Below are positions 53,557 through 64,000 of a stretch of DNA of 64,000 nt, piece by piece; position 1 is the stretch's first letter, and every line of letters begins with the position of its first letter. This DNA comes from Octopus sinensis. Lineage: Eukaryota. The notes beneath the pieces were generated by a model that searched no databases, was not told where the DNA came from, and was given only the letters and a program-made list of their open reading frames with translations. The translations under genes and the position numbers were made by a program. The stretch lies in contig NC_043011.1 in the NCBI RefSeq assembly GCF_006345805.1, positions 4,898,001-4,962,000 on the forward strand, given 5' to 3'.

Positions 53557-53957
53557 TATATATATATATATATGTACACACACATACACACATATATATA
53601 GGCAATCTTCGACTAAGGAATCAAAAAGAATTTCTCACATACACTACTACATCATGGCTCTTTATTATGTATGAACGTGGTTTCTGTATATGCGATGTTG
53701 CACACGCAACAGCTGTCAGGATAAGAGTTTTACACAACTTATTTCGTTTACTTTGTTTCTTCATTCTGTTTTCAGTATTGTGTATTCCATGCAAAGATAC
53801 GCTTTAAGCCTATTCTTGTTGATCTGTCTTTCAACCTCCAAACCAGCTCCAAACCGTAGATGAGGGAGTTTAATTTTAAGGTCCCACATATCTGGGCACT
53901 AGTCTATACCACGATTAATTCGAATTCTTCTCTCAGCCCGACACTATATGCACATAT

Positions 53958-54033
<76 letters not shown>

Positions 54034-54923
54034 TTATTTAGAAAACTGTACAGTTTTGGTATTATCCATTCCATATATTTTTCTTTACTAACAGGTGTTA
54101 CAACGGTGTAAATAAAATAAAATATTGTAAGAAATCTTCCACTAGTAACTCATGTCCAAGAATTTTGCATAGAGAATTGTATTTATTTAAATTCTCTATC
54201 TAATGAATTACTAATGAGAAATTTATTATGTGGTTCTGCACATGTATGGCGATGGTAAAGAAACAGATGTAATATGAAGTAAAAAATACCAAGACTTCCA
54301 GTTTTCTGTTTTAATATATAATCACTCTGCAATAAATACTTTCTAGCACTTAACAGTATTCTCCAGTGTTTTCAACTTTCATATGGATCGTAACACCTAA
54401 GAATATACTTTTAGAAAACTGGAATAAGCAGATGTACTTCATGAGAGCACAGCTCGGATTATAACCCGTCCATCCATCCATCCATCCATCCATCCATCCA
54501 TCCATCCATCCATCCATCCATCCATCCATCCATCCACACTCATATCTACATAAACGTTCACACACACATTCACACATACACACTCATGCATACACTCTCA
54601 TGTATCTGTGTGCATCCTTTTTGTGTGTGGGAGATCATTGTCATATGCTAGTGAAGAAGGAACGATCACTTTCTACGCAAGGGATTATCTAACACAGAGG
54701 AACGGAAGAGGTTCTATCGAAGACACTTAAAACGCCAACATGTGACAAAGTTAGGATTTTCTTATTAAGCCCATTAAGCCTTCTATTTATTTGCCAGCTA
54801 ATTTACCGCTTGACGAGGAAAGATGGTTTTGCTCGAGTTTAAAAAATTTCATTTTAACATCCATCAAACCATATGCCTGATAATTCATCCTTCTCTTCTC
54901 TATCGATTATATCGACAGATAGA

Positions 54924-55157
54924 TAAGGCGGCGAGCTGGTAGAAACGTTAGCACGCCGGGCGAAATGCGTAGCCGTATTTCGTCTGCCGTTACGTTCTGG
55001 GTTCAAATTCCGCCGAGGTCGACTTTGCCTTTCTTCCTTTCGGGGTCGATAAATTAAGTACCAGTTACGCTCTGGGGTCGATATAATCGACTTAATACTT
55101 ATGTCTGTCCTTGTTTGTCTCCTCTATGTTTAGCCCCTTGTGGGTAGTAAAGAAATA
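54924..55157 (+). mobile_element. SINE family B (central GCCTTTCATCCTTTCGGGGTCGATAAA, resembling the MetaSINE domain)
   Basis: 16-bp TSD TATATCGACAGATAGA (54908-54923, 55158-55173). Other copies at 10215-10370, 22800-22960, 32643-32850, 43020-43160, 63420-63620. Confidence 0.85.
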
Positions 55158-55726
55158 TATATCGACAGATAGAGCGATCATCGGATGGCTGGGACAATTT
55201 GACGGTTGGGATAGCTAGATTTTGCTTTTAGGTTCTGCTTGACACTGTCATTGAATCTGAATTTGGGTCTACCTATGTTTCGATAGTCATCTCCCAGCAA
55301 CAAAACAACTTTCTATGGGAGCCTATAACCGACAGGATTAACAACGTGGCTTCAATTGATGGTGCATGAATTGAAAGCCAGCTTTTCGGAATTTAAGATA
55401 TGTTTCCACTATTTCAATTACATGGCAAGTCTCAGATGTCGCATGGCGAAGGTTATGGTCTTTTTGATTTGCGTTTTCTAAAGTGCCCATGGTTTTACAC
55501 CATAGTGTAAAGCCGAGAGGATAATGGCTCTATGTGTGTGTGTGTACCAGATAAGCCACCCATAATTGGATACAACTCACCCAAACAAGAACTCACTACT
55601 TGAACAAAACTTGACTTAAACAGGATTCGTATAATCCTATCAGGTGGTGCTATTAATTTAGACATGGCCTGGACCAATCTTTGGTCGAAACATATCTAAG
55701 TTTATCTAAGTTTATATATATAATCT

Positions 55727-56016
55727 TTTATTCTTTTGCTCTCTTACTTGTTTCAGTCATTTGATTGCGACCATGCTAGAGCACCGCCTTTAGTAGAACA
55801 AATCGACCACAGGAATTATTCTTTGTAAGCCTAGTACTTATTCTATCGGCCCCTTATTGGATGTAAACACACCAACATCGGTAGTCAAGTGATGTTGGAG
55901 GGGACAAACACAGATACACAAATGCATGCATGCATACACGATATATATATATATTATATATATATATTAATACCAGCGATTATAATTATTTTTTATTCTA
56001 TCGCAATTTGATTTGT

Positions 56017-56069
<53 letters not shown>

Positions 56070-56215
56070 GGTTTTTTCCACTTGCCTCTACCATATCCAC
56101 ACACAAGGTTTTGGTTGGCCCCCAGACAGTAAGAGAAAGTACTTTCCCAAGGTGTCATGCTGTTGGCCTAAACACGGAAACGTGCTTGGGAAGCAAGCTT
56201 CTCATAACACAGCCT
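55727..56215 (-). mobile_element. SINE family A (another 3' half at 57582-57770)
   Basis: Collinear with the other copies. Confidence 0.75.
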
Positions 56216-56254
56216 CTCTTTCTCTATCTCTCTTTCTCTCTTTCTCTCTATCTG

Positions 56255-56363
<109 letters not shown>

Positions 56364-56678
56364 ATATATAATATATATATATATATATGTTGTTGTCTGT
56401 TCTTTCTCGAGCCTGCTTGGCTCATAAGGGACGATTTCCCGTTTTCATTGGCGTATAAGTTACCCACCTGGACGGGACGCCGGTCCCTCTCAGATGAGCT
56501 GCTAGATGCAGGAGGAAAGAGTGAGAGAAAGTTGTCAGTAGAAGTTTGCCATTACCTTCTGCTGGAGCCGCGTGTTGCTTAGGTCTTTAGCTCATATACA
56601 CACACATCACCCAGTCTGAGATTCGAACCCGCGATCTTTCGACCGCGAGTCCGCTGGTCTAATTACTAGGCCATGTGC

Positions 56679-56713
<35 letters not shown>

Positions 56714-56957
56714 AGTTCATAGTGGCTGAAGATTAGCATCACGCTTGAAACTCGGAATCCCAACGTATTTGAATCATACTGTTTTGATTCATGATGATTG
56801 CCACTTCTTGACAATTAATAAATGCTGTCACGAAATCTTATATGACTAGCAAGCCTCTGTTCTTGACAAACGAATTCTAGTGCAGATCTTACAAAATATT
56901 TTAAAGCAGAAATGTGTCTTGGATTGTACTTAGATTGTAGTTAGATCCTGTTTACGG

Positions 56958-57015
<58 letters not shown>

Positions 57016-57022
<7 letters not shown>

Positions 57023-57536
57023 TATTCGAGACAAAACCACTATTTTGCAAAACAAACAAGGAAAGACTAATTAATACATAAAATTTTAATAAATAGTCAA
57101 AAAAAACCGCCACTACAATCGTTTCTTGTCTTGATCGACAATCTTCAGGTGGACTTCCAATAATTCAGTGTCAAATTAATTTGACACTGATTGTAGTGGC
57201 GGTTTTTTTGACTATTTATTAAAATTTTATGTATTAATTAGTCTTTCCTTGTTTGTTTTGCAAAATAGTGGTTTTGTCTCGAATAATATTTTATAATATT
57301 TTACTATAAAATCGATTTAATCATAAATCTGAGATTGTCGATCAAGACAAGAAACGATTGTAGTGGCGGTTTTTTTGACTATTTATTAAAATTTTATGTA
57401 TTAATTAGTCTTTCCTTGTTTGTTTTGCAAAATAGTGGTTTTGTCTCGAATAATATTTTATAATATTTTACTATAAAATCGATTTAATCATAAATCTGAT
57501 TTTTTCCCTGTAAATTTGGATTTATTCCCTAATATT

Positions 57537-57545
<9 letters not shown>
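57016..57545. mobile_element. Penelope-like inverted plus tandem terminal-repeat structure within (TA)n
   Basis: One minus copy, a junction palindrome TCAGTGTCAAATTAATTTGACACTGA (57165-57190), then two plus copies. Confidence 0.75.
57110..57152 (-). ncRNA. Compact type I hammerhead ribozyme
   Basis: Minus strand CCAC-CTGAAGA-TTGTC(GATCAA)GACAA-GAAAC-GATT-GTA-GTGG; all three stems present, GUA triplet. Confidence 0.85.
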
Positions 57546-57582
<37 letters not shown>

Positions 57583-57792
57583 CTCTCTCTTTTACTCTTT
57601 TACTTGTTTCAGTCATTTGACTGCGGCCATGCTGGAGCACCGCCTTTAGTCGAGCAAATCGACCCCGGGACTTATTCTTTGTAAGCCCAGTACTTATTCT
57701 ATCGGTCTCTTTTGTCGAACCGCCTAGTGACGGGGACGTAAACACACACCAGCATCGGTTGTCAAGCAATGTATATATGTATATATATATGT

Positions 57793-57829
<37 letters not shown>

Positions 57830-58410
57830 TGTGTATGCTTATGCGTATATTTAAGTATGCATGTATATTTCTACTATGTGTGAACGTGTGAGTTTATATG
57901 AATGAAATATTCACGCACCAACGAGAAAATAAATGATCAACTGATTCGTCGAATAAACGAACACACTTGTGCTATTCCTTCATTTCACTATAACTATTGA
58001 AACGTAGTGATTGTCTTATTTTATTACTGAAATCCTATGATCAACGGTACTCTTACCATGGTACCATTTTATGATCTTCAGTTTAGTAATAAAAACATTC
58101 TCTAATTTTGTATTTGAAAAAAATGTATCGCCTTACTGAACTAATTTTTGATTTATTACTGACAGAGGGGAAAATACTTGTCTAGCAATCGGAAAGCTGT
58201 GTGTGTGTGTGTGTGTGTGCGCGCGCGCGCGCGCGCGTGTGTGTGTGGTGTGTGTGTAATATTCCACTAATACTCTTGAGGAAAACTGCGAACATGACAC
58301 TTCCCATTTCCTCTCTTAACGTATTGAGATCCCCACCTCAATACTCACCAACTCCACTATGCATATACATATGCATATACACATACATGCAATCATCCAT
58401 ACATACATCC

Positions 58411-58459
<49 letters not shown>

Positions 58460-58703
58460 TAAAGAGAGAGAGAGAAAGATACATGCGTATCACGGTATCG
58501 ACTAGACTATCGGATGTGGTTATACATCGTTTGTCACGATGCGCTTCACGTTGGCTAGGTTACCAGGTCAACACTTTCCCTTATCGGAAGGCTGTTCCTT
58601 CGCAAAGCTAATCTTTTTCAGTTGAGTGGGCTGGAGCGTATATCTTCTATTTTTGTTTCTCCCTCTATATCCCTATATAATATATATTATATATTATATA
58701 TAT

Positions 58704-58737
<34 letters not shown>

Positions 58738-58764
58738 TATGTGTGTGTGTGTGTGTGTGCATAC

Positions 58765-58853
<89 letters not shown>

Positions 58854-58989
58854 GTATGCTCAAGCGTGTTTATAAATCAAGCTCAAGCGTGTTTATTGTG
58901 TTTATTTGCATCCTTATCTCCATATCATCTCACCTGGATTCCTCTTATTGCTACTCTTTACCTCGATAAATATTTCAGTGTATAAGTTC

Positions 58990-60270
58990 AAATCATTTGG
59001 GCAATACTACATGTTTTCTATATTAAGAATCTCTGGGTCTTATCTTATTCGCAGGCCACCGCATGTTCGGACGTGAATTCTTCGCCTCATACTGGATTTA
59101 TTCTTCAGACGGGAGTCTATTCCCAACATCAATGAACGCTCTGTTCATTGTTTCCTATATCAGAGGCGACGAATTTTCGTCCGAGCATGAGGCTAGCTGA
59201 GTATCCGCCAGTGAAAGCTCGAGAGCAACCGCCAATGTTTGTAAGCCAATTTTGCATTCTTCAACAACAAAGAGACACAATTACTCAACTAGATCCCTCA
59301 AGGTCGCCTCAAATGCAGGGGCTCACCAACGTTGGGGATTTCTGGTAACTGTACAGTCTCAACCCAATAATGACTAAAAGGGAACAAAATAGCTCATTCG
59401 CAATTATTACTTTTTTCCCCTCAACTTCATCGAAAGCCTTCGTAAAGTCGATATGCATGGCATCCATGTTTGAATGATTGAGTTGCTCTTTAAATTTTGA
59501 AATTCACCGTCATAATGCTACATGAAGTAACACTGTTTCTGGACAGAATCGTTGCTGTGTATCACTTAGCAACTCCACTATTTTCTTAGAATGGAATCTG
59601 TGTCCCTCTGATAATACGTTCAATGACTTTCGTGGTGTGAGAAAGATAGGCCTGCAACAATGAAGCACAATCACAGAACATATAAAAAAAAAACAACACG
59701 CAGCATGATCTCTCAATTTCAAATAGGAGGACTTACCAACATGGAGAATTTCTGGTGATTTTACGTCCTCAACATAGCAAAAACTATCATCTTACTATTG
59801 TCTTCCTTCTGCGGATTCACAAAATACCTCATCCATAACTACTTCTAAGCATTTTGCAAAACTCAAAAGAGACCCCTTAAGCACTGATCCTGCATTTGGG
59901 TCGGTGCTGTCGATGCACAAAGAGGAATCTTTGATCCATCCTTAAAAGACCACTTGACACACTCATGCAGGTATTTAGCTATCACTAGTGTGGCATCTGC
60001 TCCTCAAAACTGACTGCTTTAGTATAACTCAAGTCAGACACTTTCCAACGATTATGCTCTCCTTTTCTTCGTTCCCCATATTTTGTCCCCATTCTTTCCC
60101 TGAAATAACCACTTAACCACTTCTTCCTACCCAAACGTCGACCCTCTGGAATTTTTTCCCTGCCTTTTTGTTTCTCCTCCCCGTAACCATCAACGGTACA
60201 ACATTTTAAGAGGAACATTAACGATATCAATCTCAACGGTCTGGGTTGGAGGTAGAGACTGCAAAGACTA
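58990..60270 (-). pseudogene. Decayed CR1/L2-group LINE RT fragment
   Basis: MDAMHIDFTKAFDEV at ~59423-59468 matches the RT motif DF.KAFD; boundaries approximate. Confidence 0.65.
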
Positions 60271-60774
60271 TGGACGTAGTTCTTTCTTTCAAATCAATAA
60301 AAATAACAAATAATAGCGAATAAAGGAAAGTAAAGTTCCGTACAAGGCTGATTTAGCTGCTATTTCTAACCCGTCAAGCGAACTCATAGAATCTTCTTTC
60401 TTGGCTAGGTGTATTGGTATTTATGTGAAAGTCATGCCGATCGAGCAGATCGTCACGTCTTTCTTTTCCCACATAGTGTATTTGGAACTATATAATCCAA
60501 TGTAGTTTTAAACTACTATCCAATGTGTATAGAATATCAAACACATTTTCTAAATGTTTCCTTCATTTTCTAAAAAGACGATTTGGTGTGATTTGAGGAT
60601 TATTTGGCTGATACTTCTACCATGTTAACTGACCACATAGAAGGTCTCTTTTTTGCTCGGAGTTTTGTATGAAAGTTTATTGATTTGGGTCGTTGTGAAT
60701 TTGTAGAGTAGTTTCGGTAGCAGAACACGAACTGCCGATCTCTCGGTTAAATGTCCGATATTAAATCAATTTTC

Positions 60775-60827
<53 letters not shown>

Positions 60828-60927
60828 CACAACTTTAACTATTTTTATTTAACTCTGATATCGATTTTTAATTCTTCCAATAAGAAACGAAAACTTTCTT
60901 TCTAAAATTGCAATATTTATAAATCAA

Positions 60928-60946
60928 TTTTCTTTTGTCTTTTCAG
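60928..60946 (+). promoter_or_regulatory. Probable 3' splice acceptor of the GPCR coding exon
   Basis: Polypyrimidine tract ttttcttttgtcttttcag ending about 76 nt before the ATG. Confidence 0.7.
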
Positions 60947-61022
60947 AAAATATCCCAGAACCCTATGAAAATCCAAAGGCCATCTTCAAAAGTTGGAAAA
61001 GCAGTTCATTTCTCGAAAGTCA

Positions 61023-62174
61023 ATGCATACGATGAAAATGGCAGTTAACATTAGTATTAACAGCTCTGCCAATATCCTACAAGTGTTAAATGATGAAAAA
61101 GCAGACACGTATTTACCTGTAATTTTTTATGTCGGTATTTCTATGCTATTTGGAGCAATCGGGAACAGCGCTGTATCTTATATATATTACTGCAAATTGG
61201 AGAAAACGGCGACAAATTTGTTCGTAGCCGTTCTTAGCGCTTGTGACTTACTCAGTTGTTTAATTTCTATGCCAGTTGAAATCGTCGGTCTACGATTCCC
61301 TTTGACCTTTCACAGTGACATAGCATGTCGCCTGATACGTTTTATTGTGGCTGTGGGAACAATCACATCAGCTTTAATTATATTTGTTATATCCGTTGAT
61401 AGATATTTACGCGTTTGTCGTCCACTTGGTAGACATTTTTCGCGTCGTTCAGCAAAAGTTGCGTCAGCAGTGTTGGTGTTTTCGTCAATATTGTTAGCGA
61501 CACCAGCATTTTTGGTTTTTGGTAAACAAAGAGTCCCAACCCGTATCAGTGGAATTATTGGCGAAGAATGCTCAATTGCTGAAGGTTTAAAAGACACAAT
61601 ATATCCCTTAGCCTACTACTGTTCTCTACTGGTAACCTGCTTTGCTGTATTTGTGGTTTTGATGACTTTGTACTTTCTCATCGGAATTTATGTGTGGAGG
61701 CATAAGAAGAAGAATCAAGGAAGAATACAAAAAGTGGTTTTTACGCATCCATCCAATGACCGTATGTCCGCTGCTATTTCTTCCAGCAGTGACAATGTGG
61801 AGGATGACCTGAAACTGCACAAGCAGTCCCGCCAGAAGATAACCCGTCCCATGAGCAGTCCAGTCGACCATCGACAGTCAAATTCAGTGAGAGTATCAAG
61901 GACCACTGTTATTATGTTTCTCATTACATTACTATGGATTGTTAGCTATTTACCTCATCTGGTCATGGTCACATGTGAAATTGTCGTCGAAGACTTCCGA
62001 ACTTCACTTGGCACCACAGGAGACGTTCTCTACAATCTATCATTTCGTTCTTACTTCTTCAACAATGCAATCAATCCATTTATTTATGGTATTTTCAATC
62101 TCCGCTTTCGGAAAGAACTTTTTATTTTATTGGATAACATCTTTGGTGCGTGTTGCTGCAAAAACAATCCATGA
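61023..62174 (+). CDS. Class A (rhodopsin-like) GPCR, neuropeptide/orphan-receptor-like, single coding exon
   Basis: Seven hydrophobic segments, TM1 GN, TM2 LSACD, TM3 Cys and SVDRY, ECL2 Cys, TM6 SYLP, TM7 NPFIY plus helix 8 FRKE, N-terminal NIS/NSS sequons and C-terminal CCC. The ORF-track start is a TTG. An in-frame TGA lies at 60966-60968, so the first usable ATG is 61023 (alternatives 61032, 61038). Confidence 0.95.
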   Translation: MHTMKMAVNISINSSANILQVLNDEKADTYLPVIFYVGISMLFGAIGNSAVSYIYYCKLEKTATNLFVAVLSACDLLSCLISMPVEIVGLRFPLTFHSDIACRLIRFIVAVGTITSALIIFVISVDRYLRVCRPLGRHFSRRSAKVASAVLVFSSILLATPAFLVFGKQRVPTRISGIIGEECSIAEGLKDTIYPLAYYCSLLVTCFAVFVVLMTLYFLIGIYVWRHKKKNQGRIQKVVFTHPSNDRMSAAISSSSDNVEDDLKLHKQSRQKITRPMSSPVDHRQSNSVRVSRTTVIMFLITLLWIVSYLPHLVMVTCEIVVEDFRTSLGTTGDVLYNLSFRSYFFNNAINPFIYGIFNLRFRKELFILLDNIFGACCCKNNP

Positions 62175-62587
62175 AAATAAAAATTTGACATTTTTGAAAT
62201 TCATCAAATTTCTCTTCGTAAAATGTTCATCCTTCATTTCCGGAAAAAATCTTGGCATTCCAGATCGTCTGGAATACGAACTTCCCTGTTCGTTACATAC
62301 AAAGATCTATAATTCCTTATTCATCTTTTACAGAACTGTGGTTGTTCTTTCATAGATTTGGTTTCATAGAATTGGTTTTAGCTTGATTTTTCTTCGATTG
62401 TGGACCAAAAGTTTGAATTAACGATTCCTTTATATGTTCTGCTAAAAAAAAAAAAGCTACAGAACAGAAACAGGAAAACTTCCTCTGTAAAAATTGCATT
62501 ATCAACTATTCATTATTTAATGGAAACAGAATGGATAACCTGGCAGAACTGATTAATGGAAATCATACATACAACCATACACACACT

Positions 62588-62642
<55 letters not shown>

Positions 62643-64000
62643 GAACGGTCATTTCAATTCAGTACAAAAGCTGGAAAACGGTATCCCATCCTCCTTCAGA
62701 CTGAAATCCCCAAAATTATTTTACGCTCACACACACGCGCGCGCCGGCGTACAGAAAAACACATACATTTACTCACACACACCATTCTTATACGACATCT
62801 AGAGATTTCTGTTTTGCCAGCTACTGGACAGTTGATGCATTATCTATAGCTACTGCCACCTGTCGGACGCTATTCAGATAATCTACTACTAATGCCAACT
62901 ATCACATAATATCTACCATTAGTGCCATCTATCTTTAAAAAGATTATTGTTCCTGCCATTTATCGAACATTCGCCGCATCATCTTATCACTATTACTACT
63001 ACTATTATTATCGATATTTATCGAACATACGACGCATTTTCTTCTATACTGCCATTTACGTGGCATTTGACACATTATCAACTAATGCTGTGCTAGCTAT
63101 CAAATAGATGGTTACATCCTCTCACAGGTCAGTGACACCTAACGCCATCTATCGGATAGTGAGTTCCGCAGATCATATTATTATCAGTGCCATCAGAAAT
63201 TTTACTCATCTACAACTGCTGACACCGACCGGTCAATGGACTGGTTAATTGTCGATTGACGAAGGACATTTAAATGGTCACTACTGCTGTTTAGTGAATA
63301 TTTGATGCATTTATTACCAAACATTTTACCCATCTGCTGCTGGTGCTATCTTTTGAAATATTTCACACGTCTACTATCACTGACGCCACACGTCTACTAT
63401 TTTTATTTAGTGCCTTCTAAAGCGGCGAGCTGGCGGAAACGATAACATGCCGGACAAAATGCCTTGTGACATTTCTTCCAGTTTTACGTTCAAGTTCCGA
63501 CGGTATCGATTTTGCCTTTCATCCTTTCGAAGTCGATAAAATGAGTACCAATTGAGCCCTCGGGTCGATAGGGTCGACCTTCTTCACCTCAAAACTGCTG
63601 GTCTTGGGTCAACATTAGAAAAAAAAATTTAGTGCCTACAGCCGTCTAAAGGGTGTTAGTTACCTTTTATTGTGCTACTTTCTCTCGTTGACAGCAGACA
63701 CACCCATTGCTACTCCCATCTCGTGCACAGATGACATAGCTTCTATAACAAGTTTGTACAGTATTGACAATAATCGCAAGTTTGTTCATATTTTCTACTG
63801 ACTTCAAATGTCAACCCGTTGCAAGGTCATTGAATAAATGTGACAGAACAAAAAAAAAAAAACTTTGTATATTTCTGTAAATTGTGGTCACAGAATAAAT
63901 TTGAAGTCAAAATTTTCATCATTCTTTTTCTTTTTGTTTTGATGCTCCGTTTAACAAAAACTTTTCTAATTCTCAGTTTAAGTTCAAAAGCTGCTTAGGT

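Noticed and set aside
61310-62355. ORFs overlapping the GPCR in other frames or strands
   Set aside because: Shadow ORFs of the real CDS

Overview
Eukaryotic, AT-rich, repeat-saturated genomic DNA, most likely octopus (coleoid cephalopod). This is inferred from the tRNA-derived SINE families and the extreme density of (CA)n, (TA)n, (TATG)n and (TATC)n tracts. Only one real protein-coding gene is present: a class A (rhodopsin-family) GPCR with a single coding exon at 61023-62174 (+). Nearly all other listed ORFs are microsatellite or SINE translations. The rest of the window holds at least four SINE families, non-autonomous Helitrons, hAT-type MITEs, decayed LINE and mariner fragments, a dispersed 5S rRNA copy and two ~0.9 kb tandem duplications. 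The main hidden signal is a dense set of about 14 hammerhead-ribozyme (HHR) motifs inside short Penelope-like/retrozyme-type fragments, many of them next to (TA)n tracts. Several are canonical type I motifs (26681-26739, 53153-53263, 57110-57152, 11229-11298). Two motifs (7429-7489 + and 40170-40230 -) lie in two diverged but related elements. Their three hammerhead strands are in a NON-circularly permuted (scrambled, pseudoknotted) order, with compensatory base changes between the two copies. All structures were folded by eye; none has been computed or tested.
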